A stretch of DNA of 64,000 nt from Octopus sinensis (lineage: Eukaryota). The stretch covers positions 1,984,001 through 2,048,000 of the forward strand of contig NC_043002.1 in NCBI RefSeq assembly GCF_006345805.1, read 5' to 3'. A program made the position numbers and the translations under genes. Shown piece by piece: positions 38,610 through 52,689 of the stretch (position 1 is the stretch's first letter; every line of letters starts with the position of its first letter). Below the pieces are notes generated by a model that was given only the letters and a program-made list of their open reading frames with translations, had not been told where the DNA came from and did no database searches.

Positions 38610-40131
38610 ATAGAACCGTTATATACCAGAAACAGTTTCTATCCAGTCGGTCATCCCGGTTTTCAAACAGGAAACAGATCCCTCGCAGTCAACTATCGCC
38701 CAATCTCACTCACCTCCCATATCATTAAATGTTTGAAAGAGTGTTAAGATCAAGGATGGCTGACTTCCTGGAGACCCACAAACTCCTAAATCCAAATCAG
38801 CATGGCTTTCGCTGTGGCAGGGACTGTCTAACACAGCTCTTACACCACATTGAAGATGTACTCAAAGCCTTGGGAACAGGTTCGAACTCTGACGTCATAT
38901 ATCTTGACTTCAGTAAAGTGTTCGACACGGTAGACCATAATATCCTACTCTCAAAATTGGCAAATGTTGGAATCCGTGGAAAAGTTCTACACTGGATTAA
39001 GTATTTCCTGGCGAATAGAACACAACATGTTGTAGTTGATGGAGTCCACTCAAATCCAGCAAAAGTCACCAGCGGTGTTCCCCAGGGAACTGTTTTGGGT
39101 CCGCTACTCTTCATAATTTACGTAAACGACCTTTCCAGTGTCGTACATTACTGCAAAGTGAAAATATTTGCTGATGACACTAAGCTCCAACAAATCGTCA
39201 ATGAAGAAGCAGACCGAACTCAACTCCAGTCTGATCTATATGCTGTGAGTCAATGGGCAGACAGAAACAAAATGCAACTGAATGAGGGAAAATTTGAGCT
39301 GATGCATTTTGGAAGAAATTCCTCACTAAAAACCATACTCTCTTCCTTCAGGGGAACCGCTCACAGCCTCTAACAATATCAGAGACCTGGGTGTAATTGT
39401 TGATGACGATCTCAGTTGGAGTGCACACATCAACAAGAAGGGATCGATAGCTCGTAGGATGAGTTCCTGGATCTTAAGAACTTTCCGGTCCAGAGAACAA
39501 GGTGTCATCATACCCTTTTTTTCCTCCTTTGTACGGCCACACCTTGAATACTGCTGCCCACCGTGGTCTCCTCCTCAACCAGACAAAACACCTCCAGAAT
39601 TGAGTCACCCCAGAGGGCACTCACTAAACGAATTGAAGGCATGGCTGCTCTCGATTATTGGGATCGCCTTGAAACTTTACTCCCTCTAGCGTCGCCGTGA
39701 GCGGTACATCATTTGTACGATGTGGAAAATATACCGCCAACTTTGCCCAAACGACCTAAACATTAGCTTCAAGGTTCATCCAAGACTTGGACCACGGGCC
39801 TTACGTCCTCTGCCCAATTCAAGATCACAACATACATGTACACTGCAACATAATTTCATTTCCTCAACAGGCCCTGCCCTATTTAACATTGTCCCGAGGG
39901 AGATCAAAGAGGAAGAGGATCCCATCAACTTTAAACGGAGTCTAGATAGATTCCTTCAAAGAATACCAGATAAGCCACCCATAATTGGATACAACTCACC
40001 CAACAAGAACTCACTACTTGAACAAAACTTGACTTAAACAGGATTCGAATAATCCTATCAGGTAGTGCTATTAAGTTAGACATGGCCTCTACCAATCTTT
40101 GGTCGAAACATATCTAAGTTTATCTAAGTTT
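38610..40131 (+). mobile_element. CR1/L2-group LINE, 5'-truncated RT with (ATCTAAGTTT)n tail
   Basis: NYRPISLTSH, NPNQHGFR, YLDFSKVFDTVDH, SGVPQGTVLGPLLF, IFADDTK, FVRPHLEYC. Confidence 0.92.
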
Positions 40132-40148
40132 ATATATATATATATATA

Positions 40149-40187
<39 letters not shown>

Positions 40188-40511
40188 ATACATATAAGTT
40201 AATTGAATGGATAAATGAATTATCTTGTTACGGATTATTAAAAATTTAACCGATACCTGGGTAGCAAAAATGACAACAGAAATAACACGGTTGCGGTTAC
40301 GACCATGGGGTGTCGCAACCGTGCTTTTGTTCGAAAAGCTTGCTGCGCATTTGTTTGGAGATTTTAATTCCTGGATTTTCCTGAAGAGAAAGCTGCAAAA
40401 TGGTCTCCTTATTCAATCCGAATTAGGGAATTTGCAGCCTTTGAAACATGTGTAAAATAATAAAAAGGAATTTTGTAGAATCTTCGTTCAGCTCCATTTC
40501 TTCCCTCACTA

Positions 40512-40569
40512 AATATATATATATTATATATATATATATATAATATATATATATATAGTATATATATTA

Positions 40570-40612
<43 letters not shown>

Positions 40613-40675
40613 ATATATATATAATATATAATATTATATATTAATATAATATATATATATATAATAAATATATTA

Positions 40676-40715
<40 letters not shown>

Positions 40716-40768
40716 ATATATAAATATATATAATATATATATATATATTATAATATATATATATTATA

Positions 40769-40807
<39 letters not shown>

Positions 40808-40825
40808 ATATATATTTTAATATTA

Positions 40826-40857
<32 letters not shown>

Positions 40858-40869
40858 ATTAATATATAT

Positions 40870-40901
<32 letters not shown>

Positions 40902-40923
40902 ATATATATATTAATATATATAT
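40512..40923. repeat. About 410-bp nearly pure A/T (TA)n tract
   Basis: A single G within the stretch. Confidence 0.95.
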
Positions 40924-41106
40924 AAGTTAATCCAAACATGAAAAACAAAAGAGAAAACACAACGCGAGGACGTGGAACTATATAGTATTATTGGACGCTC
41001 CGGAAAGAAGGAAAGGTGGGTTTAACGTTTCGAGCGGAGCTCTTCATCATAAACATAGGAAAAGGAAAGATCCAAAGAAGGGAAGACGGATGAAAAAAAA
41101 TCGCCA
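40924..41106 (-). mobile_element. Inverted sister copy of the 37909 element (motif at 41020-41054)
   Basis: Identical hammerhead-like core TTTATGATGAAGAGCTCCGCTCGAAACGTTAAAC. Confidence 0.7.
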
Positions 41107-42079
41107 ACACAATAGAAGTTAGTTTCATGTGCTGAGGACATGCCAAACATTGTTTTGCTACACGTCTAGTGTCCCAGCACAATCATCAGACATTGCCCAC
41201 ATATGTTTATTAACTACGCCTGTACCAAGCTTCAGATTAGGTGATAAGTTAACGACAATATTTGATTAAGTATAGCGAGAAAGGGTGACATATGTTCATT
41301 CTGCCTCAGAAATGCCACGGAGAAAGTAATTTCTGTTAGAAGAGAAAGTGATCCGATTAAAATTTTAATTCTTAATATATAAAGTATAATTTTTTCTTAA
41401 TTTTTAATTCGTAATTTTTAATCTTTAATGCTTAATTGTATTGCTTATTTTAAAGAGATGTAAAATTAGATACATAATTATTTGCAATAGAACCCGATGT
41501 GTTGGAATAATTGTAAATCTGACGATTGCATATCTGTGTTTATATATGTATATATAAAGGTATACAGCCGTGTATATTTATATATATTCTAATCTTCCAA
41601 TACTGGAACACGTGTAGTTCCTTCATATTAAATATAAATATTAACTAAAGTATGACATAATTAATGAAGTACATTATATACCCAGCTGGAAATTTTGGTT
41701 ATATCCTTTAAGTATTATTTCGGGATGTGCAAACTGATACCACGAGTTTACTGTAAGATATACTCATTTGGTTATTTTTGTATTATCTGAAATAGAATAC
41801 CCGTATATCAATTAATCCCCCAAAATTATATATATTTATATATATATAGTGTACTGTTCCGTGATGGTAACATCAACAAAAAAAAAATGACGCCATCTGG
41901 TGAGTTCAAAATATTATTTAATAAACACAATAGAAGTTTTTATGTTCTACTATTAGTTTCACGTGCTGAGGACATGCCAAACATTGTTTTGCTACACGTC
42001 TAGACATCTGTTCATTCTGCGTCAAAAATGACACGGAGAAAGTAATTTCTGTTAGGAGAGAAAGTGATCCGATTAAAAT
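41106..42079. repeat. Dispersed direct repeat (41106-41363 and 41924-42079)
   Basis: Shared aacacaatagaagtt...ctacacgtctag and tgttcattctgc...gattaaaat blocks. Confidence 0.85.
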
Positions 42080-42390
42080 GTATAGAGAATATTCTGCTAA
42101 AAATACTAAATTATTCAATAGAATATATAAAAAAAAGAAAGAATAATTTCTGGGCTATGTGTTTATATATATTTCTTCAATTCTGTTTCAAATTTGGGCG
42201 TTTTATAATATACTATTTTATGCCTATGGTTATATGCAAAAGTGGGCCGTTATAAAAGGTGTATATATATACTCCTGTATAAAAATAATAAATTTTGATT
42301 GGAAAAATAAAAATTGTAAATTTAAAAACATTTTAAAAATTTAAAAAAACGAAATATTAAGAAAAGGAAGAATTAGAAAAGAAAAGTGTC

Positions 42391-42655
42391 TTCCAGATTT
42401 TCGCAGGCTAAACAATGATGCGTCACAATCAAAACATATATAGAGGTTAAAACCAAAAACATTCCGTTTAGCATCAACTGGAAAATACTCTCACGCAGAC
42501 AACCATACCAAGTTAACAAGAGACTCTTCCAGCTTAGTACTAATAAAACCTACTACGTTCTCACATTCAAGAACCAAATACCGAACCGAAACTCCGAACT
42601 AGATTCTTCGTGCATGCACAAAATCTTGAAAACGTTAAAATATTTCAAACCAATA
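42391..42655 (+). mobile_element. Penelope-like GIY-YIG C-terminus (Naiad-like)
   Basis: SKHI*RLKPKNIPFSINWKILSRRQPY...NRNSELDSSCMHK. Confidence 0.65.
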
Positions 42656-43554
42656 ATTTTTTCCCTAAAGCCTAAATATGTAAATATCTCACTTGCTTCT
42701 CTTCTTCCACCTACTTTATGAACCATCCCCATAATATACATGAAAACACTTTTGCAGCTTTACACTAAGCAAATACTGTACAAGTTTCCCTATTTCCGAC
42801 CCAAATCTCTACAAAAGATTTGCTAAAAGAAGTCCACAAACTTAAGTACACACACATAAATTTGTTTGCAAGCAAGTTGGAAGAAATAGTTATAAACACA
42901 TAGCCTACAGACTCTACCTCCATAAAACACAAAGCTTAAAATTTCTATATATTAATCAAATTGCTTATAAAACAATGATCCGCTAGAGAGAAACATAGAG
43001 ACCAACAATCCTTACAACCTACCCACATCTCCTTGTGAACACCAAAGCACAAGATAAACAAATATCTATACTAACAACACCATCGCATATCCCACTAATA
43101 ACCCGTACATTGCAAATACAAACAGGAAATATCCTAAATAGCGTTACACAAAGAAGATGACAAGCTAAAACATACCATCTATTTACATTCTATTGTGAGC
43201 CCTTCAAAATTTCCATGACAAAATAGTTGACACACCCAATTACTGAGTTTTCAAATGCTGGACTCGACTTTGAACATTTGACATTACGTTTTCGAAGCAA
43301 AGAATTAAATCAAATCCAATAAACCAAAAATAACTGAAATTACTAGCACATCCCTTTTGTCAACCACTAGAAAACAATACCATGACCTCAAGATGACACA
43401 CATAAGCATATACACCTGATTACAAAGTTCTACATACATGAATAAATTCTAAACAATAACATAACTCCGAATTCGGTCAATAAGAATTTCTCCAGAGCAC
43501 TTCTCTGCCACAATCCTCTCTGCAACCTATTTAGCACTCGAATCGAACCCAGTG

Positions 43555-43668
43555 TTTACGTTTCGAGCCTACGCTCTTCTACAGAAAGAGACACAGAAAA
43601 AGCAAGGAGAGTAAGGAGAGAAAAAAATGTGTGTAGTGGCTAACGATCAATCATGGCGACTGCCAGAC

Positions 43669-43676
<8 letters not shown>
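43555..43676 (-). mobile_element. Solo pLTR-like element with A6U hammerhead-like motif (43555-43588)
   Basis: CTTT-CTGTAGA-A-GAGC(gtag)GCTC-GAAAC-GTA-AA; truncated just after the motif. Confidence 0.6.
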
Positions 43677-43717
<41 letters not shown>

Positions 43718-44229
43718 CATTAACACACACACCAGAGTGTTGACCGTTATATGAGAAGTAACTTTGGAAATATACATTAGCCCCCATGGGCAATATCAGG
43801 AAGCGTGGCATACATACAATCACTTTGAAAATTTAAATTTTATCAAATTTCTCTCGACTCATTCAAAGTGAGGAAATGGAAACTAATTTTCAAAAGGAAA
43901 TGTTTACCTTAAAATATAATTAAATAATACAACTTTCCGCTCGGAATATTTGTAATAAAATATGCGTCATTATTTGTCTAGAATTTTATGAACGTAATCA
44001 CAATCGACTGCATCGAAAAACCTATTTCGGCAAAATTTCTCAGAGTTATGACACTCATCCCGAGTTCCTCTCTATCTCTCTTTTTTATCCGCTTCTCCCT
44101 CTCTCTCTCTCACTCTCTCTCCCTCTCTCTCCCCCCTCTCTCTCTACCTCGATATAATGTGAAGCGTGACAAGCGAAAGCAACCAGTCAGCCAACCAACA
44201 TTTATATCGGCTAATGTTAAATTTTTACA

Positions 44230-44970
44230 TAGATATACATACGTATATATATGTGTGTACATGTATGGACTTGTTGGGTTTCTTTTTTATATATGTAGAT
44301 AGATGTGTGTGCGTGTGTATTAGTATGTGCTTGTGTATATATACGTGTATGTATATGTATAGATATATGGATGTATGGGTATGTAGGTATGTATATGACT
44401 GGTGTAAGTATATATGTGTGTATGTATATGTACGTATGCGCGTACGTGTATGTATATGTGTATATGGTATGTATATATGTATTATATATATAATATATAT
44501 AATATATATGGTATAATATATATATGTATGTGTATGTATGTGTATGTGTGTGTATATGAATATGTATATATATTTATTTGTGTATATGTATGGACTAGTC
44601 TTCTGTGGGGTGTATAGTTGTATGTATGTGGTGTATGTCATATATATGTGTATATGGGTGTGTTAGAATATATGGGTATGTATATATATATTATGATGGA
44701 TATGGGAGCGGGTGTGTATGGGGTGTATATTCCTTTTATATATATATGTGTGTAAACATATATAAGTGTATGTATGAGTATGGTATGGGTATTGTGTACA
44801 TAGATACATGTATATGGGTACATATGTACATGTGTATATGGGTGTATGTGTGTACGTGTACGTATGTGTATGTGTATATATGTATATGTCTATGTATGTA
44901 TATGTGTGTATATGTATGTATGTATATGTATACATATGTGTATGTGTGTGTGTATGTGTATATGTACATG

Positions 44971-45021
<51 letters not shown>

Positions 45022-45050
45022 ATATATATGTGGTGTATATGTATAAGTGA
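44230..45050. repeat. Degenerate (TA/TG) low-complexity tract
   Basis: Direct inspection. Confidence 0.9.
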
Positions 45051-45431
45051 GAGTCTCCTTATTTACCTAAAACTCTATTTTTCTATTTATTCTTTTATTC
45101 TTTTATTTATTCTTTTATCTACTTTACCACCGATTCCTTTGACCACTCCCCTAAGAATGATAGTTTGCGCCATGCTTACCCCAAAAAGTTCCCCCACCAC
45201 CACCCCTTTAACGTGCCTAAATGTATAAATGCCAAACTACTCTTGTCACCTAGCTTCCTGATGATTTCTTTGAATGAAACCGTTCTAGTCCTGTAGAAGC
45301 TCTTCTATAAAATATATTAATTTACTCTGCTATGTATTGAGTACCTTATTTACTGTGGTTAACCCCGACTCAACCCGGGACCTACATATATATATATATA
45401 TATTATATATATATATATATATACATACATA

Positions 45432-45502
<71 letters not shown>

Positions 45503-45519
45503 CATTATATACATATATA

Positions 45520-45853
<334 letters not shown>

Positions 45854-46556
45854 CAGCATATATATTGTATAAAAGGAGGAATGTTTATCCTTTGTTTACA
45901 TTTAAGATATTTATTATATATATATATATATGCACACATTTATGTATGTATGTATACGTATGTGTACGTGAGTGTTTGCATATTTTTTAAGCGATAGAGA
46001 GACAGACGGTGAGCAATGTGGGGCAGTAGTCTAGAAAGCTATTTGTAATAAGTGCGTAATTTGCAATATTGCAATAAAATGTGTTAATCAGGAATAAATT
46101 GTGGGAGATATAAGGTAAGTCTGCAACAAGTTTAGTAAGCAATCGCTTCTGGCGAATGGTAGGTCTGTGAAAAATCATCTCAATCCTTTTGTTAATCACG
46201 TTATGCATGACTAATTCTAGAATTACTCATTCTTTCTATGGTTACCAATGAATGAAAATCGAATCTGGCATTCCATAATTATGCAAATATCTTCCAGTAT
46301 TGTTAAGTAGACTTCATAATTATCGCTTCTTGTACATGTAGTTTAGCTATGAATATATCGCCACTTATTCCTCTACTGTTCTGAGATAATCTGAGGAATC
46401 ACGTACCTCTCGTATACATACGGAAATATAGAAGAACACATTACATTTTCTTAATCGTTTTCCTATGTACGTTTAATAAGTCATTCAAGTATAAGAAATT
46501 ATGTCTACGAAAGCGGAATAACATAATACATACATACATACATACATACATACAGC

Positions 46557-46600
<44 letters not shown>

Positions 46601-46679
46601 ATAAACAGACGCAGAGATAATGATACTAATAAACAAATCAAATTGATTGTATTATATATAAAAATTATTATACACGTAA

Positions 46680-47075
46680 GAGTGGGTGTGTAGTAAGTAG
46701 GTTGCTTACGAACCACATGGTTCCGTGTTCAGTCCCACTGCTTGGCAGCTTCGGCAAGTGTCTTCTAATATAGCCTCGGGCCGACCAAAGCCTTGCGAGT
46801 GGATTTGGTAGACGGAAACCGAACGAAGCCCGTCGTATATATCTATATATATATATATGTGTGTTGTGTGTGTGTGTGTGTGTGTGTGTTTGTCCCCCAC
46901 AACATCACTTAACAACCGATGCTAGTGTGTTTACGTCCCCATAACTTAACGGTTCGGCAAAAGAGCCCGATAGAATAACTACTAGGCTTACAAAGAAGAA
47001 GTCCTGGGGTCGGTTTGCTCGACTAAAGGCGGTGCTCCAGCATGTCCACAGTCAAATGACTAAAAGAAATAAAAG
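46680..47075 (+). mobile_element. tRNA-derived SINE (third family), near full length
   Basis: tRNA-like head, internal (TA)(TG) tract, ggcggtgctccagcatg tail. Confidence 0.85.
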
Positions 47076-47652
47076 AGTAAAGAGTACACGTATACACGTA
47101 AAGAGAGAAAGTAAAGATCGAACACATTCAAATGATGGATATTCAAGTATAAATTTCTGGATATCAATATAAACTTACGCAGAGTAGAAAGACATAGAAA
47201 ATTAAAACGAAAGTCTGGTGTTACAAGTTCGACAGCTGTTTCTGGGATCCCAGACTTACGTCATAATGTTAGCAGATATAGTTCTCAAAAATCTACAATT
47301 AATAGCAGCAAATATGCATTGAGTAGAACCGGCTTCCTATAAAACCTTTTGAACGCTACAAAATGTATCCAATACTGAAATCTCTGGATCTTTCTCTCTC
47401 ACTCAATGTTCATTAATAAAGCTGAAGGTCAGATTTGAAATCTACTGGCTTGCACTTAATTGGGCCTTGCTTCAATTCATAGTCAGCTTCATATTGGTTG
47501 CTCCAGGGTTGATAGTTTGTATGACGCATTTGTCTATGCTCCAAACTAGGAAACAAAGAATGTTGTTTACCCAGAAGGTCTTACGTAATTTCCTTCAAAA
47601 TATGTGATAGAAATTATCTCCATACATAAAAGTGGTAAATTTTGTATATTCG

Positions 47653-47726
<74 letters not shown>

Positions 47727-47856
47727 CATTACGTTTTTTTGATATTATTATGAATCCAGAATTGATTTCCCAATTGAAGAATAAATTAAATTTAGAATAA
47801 CAAATTTCTATACAACATATCATCTTTTTCCTTCCAATATATAGGAAACAATCTCA

Positions 47857-47887
47857 TTCCCGAGCAACGCCGGGTGCCTTTGCTAGT
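47857..47887 (-). mobile_element. HINE-type 5' terminus
   Basis: ACTAGCAaaggcaCCCGGCGTTGCTCGGGA. Confidence 0.55.
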
Positions 47888-47892
47888 GTGTG

Positions 47893-47948
<56 letters not shown>

Positions 47949-50900
47949 CAGAATTATGAAAGAATATAACATATTGAAAAATATTGAAAAGGGCAGCCAT
48001 CATCTGGAAAAGAACTCAAAATGCCGTAAGTAGTTGACTGATATGTTTATTATAGATTAACCTGAGACTCTCGTTGGACCGGGCTGGGCTCCGATAAGTA
48101 ATTATATAGTAATGTAAATACCATTTCTCTTCCATTGTAAGAGAAAGATCTCCTGACGAACTGTTCAGTGAGCGGTTGAATTGTCCTCAGATGCGATCAA
48201 CCCAAACAGCATGGGGTATTCTTCTGCTACCTGAAGATGTCAGGTATCATGTTTTAATTTGCATATCCGTGACGGCTCGTCATTAGGTAGACAACACAGA
48301 TTTTATGCGAAACAGCGTGAAGCAGAAGTATTGAAATATATTTTTAAATATTAGCAAGTCCTTAACTGTGATAGAGAGATATGTCAAAATATAAACATTT
48401 TTTCTTAAAATGCAAAAAAAACAACAACATAGAGACTATACTTATTTAATAATATTTAAGTCAGTTGTTGTGTTGATGCAGTGTTTATCACACCTTCGAT
48501 TCCTATAATCCTTCGATTCCTATAATCCTTTACAGTATGTCTTCAACACTTTTCTCTATTCCTTCTTCTTCTTCTTCTTCTTCTTCTTCTTCTTCTTCTT
48601 CTTCTTCTTCTTCTTCTTCTTCTTCTTCTTCTTCTTCTTCTTCTTCTTCCATGATCCATATCTACACCTTTTGTTTCTCTCCAGCCGTCATCTTTTACCA
48701 GTTTTTTTTTACCTATGTCTCTCGGGTTTCAATCTGATTTGGTGACTTCCCAAAAGAAGTTAGATGTTTATACCGAACTATAATTCCGTGAAATCATCAT
48801 GAATGTGTGTGTGGGAGGGGTGCGTCTCAGTCTGTCGAGTAGGGTGGTGCACATGCGCACATGTGTGTATATGTAATATGTGTATATACATGAATAGGAT
48901 AATGAATCGAGTATTAGTTCAAGTGTAAGCGTGAACGTCAGCATAGAAACATTCTAGCGAGAGAGCGAGTTTAATGTGAATAATGAGTGGACTAGTACTC
49001 ATTAATCATGGTCAATGCAACTGGCCAAATATTCTATTCTCTGCCTGACACGTAAAACCAATACAATTTCTGATCTGCAACCATGTGTAACAGTCAAAGA
49101 CCTTGTCACTTTTGTTTTGTGGATTTTTATGAATGGCTGTGTAAGACGATGTCGTGTTGTGCAAGCGTGAACGTTTTAGACCTTATCCCTGTAGAGGAGT
49201 TGATTGTTAAGGGGGATGGTCCATTAATTGCGATCAACTGGCATCAAATTTCTTGGGAGACTTATTCTTATATACAGTGTTTATTCTTTAATGTCTTCTA
49301 ATGTGTAATTCATTCCTTAGGAAAATGTTTGGCAGGTTTTTTTCAAGTCTATAAATTTATAACTCGTACGATAATGTAAATGGCAGGAATACTATACGAC
49401 TCTCACAACATGCACTTTAGACAGGAAGAGTTTGCAAAGCAAAGCAGCTGACTCATTGACTCGTGCTATCATCGAGCAACTGTCAAAAACATATTTTATA
49501 AAATTTGATTGGTTCTCAGAAAGTTATGAAGAAATATCTGTAGAAATGAAAGAAAACTGCTTTACTTTCTTTGAAACTTGTTAAGTATACACTGGATATC
49601 TGAGAATTCTTTTCCTAGTGGGTGCCAATACGCTGAGGTAAATGCTAGCCATTCTTTCTTTTGGTGTGGAATAAATGATATACTAAGAAAAGACTCTGGA
49701 AAGGAATTTTGCTGTTAAATAAACTCTAGTTCAATCTCTTACGGCATTCTGCCAGTCTGAAATTATTGGCTGACATCTTTCTGCATGTATTTATCTTTCG
49801 ATCGCTCAGTCTGCCTCAAACGTCTGTTTGTGAAGAAGACGAAATATTTACTTATGAGTTATTAAGAGACAATATTTGAAGAATTCCAGCTGGAAATAAA
49901 GTAATAAACTATAGGGATTCCAACGTAGGAGTTGGTGAAATCACTGAGTTGTAGAATTGTTTAAGATATGGTAGGAATAAGTCAAATTCCTCTGATTTAA
50001 TTTTGTGACAAAATAAAATATGCTCTTTTAGTATAAAATGATTCAGAAAAGAACTTCAGTGTATACAGATGGCAAGAAAATTGCTATTGGTTGATTATAT
50101 CATTGTTGAATGAGAGATATCATTGATATGAGAGTTGTGTGGGTTTTAAGAGGCGCAGTGTATAAGATATAATATGTAGAGAGAGTGTATAGCATAGTAA
50201 TACAGATCATAATCTTCTACAAACTAAATCAACGTTCAAAGTAAAACAAATTAGAAAACAAAATTCTCACAACTTAAAAGAGATTTGAAGTTGCAACATA
50301 AAAGGAAAAGTGTGTCAGAAGAGAGTTCGTGGAAGGTTTTAATTCGCGTGTGCATATTGTTAATATGGTGTGGCGGGCAAAAAATAGTTTTACTAAAGTT
50401 CAAAAGAACTATTCAGGGTTACAAAGTTCAAATGCAAGGACTAGATTGACGATAATAATAAGCATACACAAAGATTATTATCGTTTTGCAACGAGAGCAA
50501 CGTAAACGAATCGATCAAAACGAAAATCTATTGATTCAATATTAAACCGTTAAGTCAAAGATTCAAAAAGCAATGAGAAACATGGAAAATATGTGATGGA
50601 TTGAGCGTAGCTGTGATCTTTTGAAAGTAAACAACTTGTAGGATATTGTGGCGATCTACTCTCTTATAAATCAAGTTTATGCTATTCATTCAATTTCCTG
50701 AGCAACCATTAGGACGACCAACGCAGGCAAATATTCGAGAAAGATCCCTCAATAACTTTTAAAGGGATCTGCTCAATAAGATTTGGTCCAATTTAGAAGG
50801 CACTCAAAGAGTTCCAATGAAATACATCTTGTGTTATCTATTTTCAATGAAGAAACATATACTTTCCGTAAAGATGTAAATGACATTGAGATCAATGGTT

Positions 50901-51259
50901 TTCCTGTTGAAGTGCTTAAGATTAAAAAAAAAGAGGTGCTGGATCTTCTGATTAATCTTATACTTAAATATATAATCTGAGGATAAATGGTACAGCTCCT
51001 CAAGTTTGGAGAGATACGTTGCTGCAGGTGATGTATAAAAAGAAAAGGTGGTAAAAACAATTGCGACAGTTCTTGAGGTTCTTCTTTTGTAAGCGTTAAA
51101 GAGAAAGTCTTCATAAAAATAATTCTCAATAGGGTTATGTAAAGATATGTTTGTTAGCTGCCAACAGGTTTTCCCGCGAGGACGAAGCAACGACACGTTG
51201 GCAGTTCGGTAACGACTGGGCAAAGAATTTTTCACTTTCTAAGTCATTGTTACATTGAT

Positions 51260-52200
51260 ATCACTAACGATTTTCATTCAGTGAACCAAGACATGCTGTG
51301 TATAATTTTAAAGCAAAGATACAAATTTCATCAAGTGTTTCCTTCGTGATATCAGAGAGTGTGCAGTTACTGGGGAATGCTTAGACAGGTTTCCAACTAG
51401 TGGTGGTGTACAACAGAGTGGTATAACTGCTCCCACAGTTTGACATAGTTTTCACAATAATTGTTTCCAATCACCAACATTGTTCTGAAAGCAACATATA
51501 AGCTACTGCATTACTGGTATGTTATTCAAACTCGGCCTCCATAATTCTAAGTCACACACTTTACGTTAATAACGGCTATATAGTTCTTACAATGAAAAAG
51601 CATAAAATTCTTAAAGATAAAAACATAACTGTTATTAACCTCTCGACGAGTCTATATAAACCCGTTATTCGTTTTTGGCGCTGATGTGGAAAGACTCGTG
51701 TAGGTTTTAGAATGACGGTGTCTTCCTTTAAATATATGGGTAACATGTTACACTGAGATTTGAACCATGACTTTATCAAGCGGAAATTAGAAATCGTAGT
51801 AAAGTTATAGCAAATGGCAATCTTTATTCGATTTGCAATCACATATGCAATAATGACGTTAAAATATCTACTTTTAAAATATTTTCTTGAATAGCTGTGA
51901 ACCATAGACATTATTAAGAGCATATTGCTCAGTTGGTGCGTTGTTACCAAAGCTGTCTTTAACAAATGCAGCGTATCTGTTAGAGAGAGAAACACTATAA
52001 GTGATGCTGTTTGTCTTGGAATTAGCGAATAATGTAAGACTAGAAGTTCTTTACTGAAATAGCAAACTGAGGTGGGTAATTTATATAGCTCATACGCAAA
52101 ACGAAACAATGTTAGAGTCCCTCTTGGATGAGTAATCATGTCCTGCAAACGAACAGACATATAAAGACTACCTTGAATGGTATAAAAGGTAATATTGGAG
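51260..52200 (+). mobile_element. Highly decayed LINE RT
   Basis: FHSVNQDML, GGVQQSGITAPTV, YVNN (decayed YADD) and SSFKYMG in the expected order. Confidence 0.6.
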
Positions 52201-52689
52201 AAGAGCAATGGAATGTGATTGATAGGGCACCACGGAGAAAATATTTAGTCAATAAACCGAAGCATAAGGTTTAGAATCCCATTAGACACCCAACACTGGA
52301 AAGGAGAATGCAAGGAGAATCAACCTTAATAGACATATATCGATGGTCCCTTTAAATCTTTGGCTTTTGAAGGTTGTCTTGGTAAGACACGCAAGTAAAC
52401 TAATAAAAGATGATCGCACGTTAAAGAACCTACGTCCGTCAATCACGTGACAAATAGTCTCCATTACAGTTCTGACGACACACGCATATCTGGACACAAC
52501 AGAATTCCAATTGCAAGACATCCGAATCGCATTTAAACGAGAATCATGCTCAGTACTGAAATGACTCATCATAAGTATGTATATTTTATGATTCATCGAC
52601 TGAGCGGGAAGCGAGGAAGATAGCAAGTTTGATTTTTGATAACGTTTCTGATGTTTCGAAAAGCGAATTCCCTGCATTACCAAAAGTTA

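Noticed and set aside
46680-46760. tRNA gene candidate
   Set aside because: It is the tRNA-derived head of a SINE that continues into SINE body sequence
48150-48185. CTGACGA-ACTG(tt)CAGT possible hammerhead
   Set aside because: GAAA, stem III and stem I are not recoverable
50773-51235. Minus ORFs with a weak LINE-like segment (ANVSLLRPRGK)
   Set aside because: A single weak motif with no downstream RT motifs recognised
51576-52208. 210-aa minus-strand ORF with GPCR-like hydrophobic stretches
   Set aside because: Starts at TTG just after an in-frame stop; the plus strand shows ordered decayed LINE RT motifs, so it is best read as an antisense shadow
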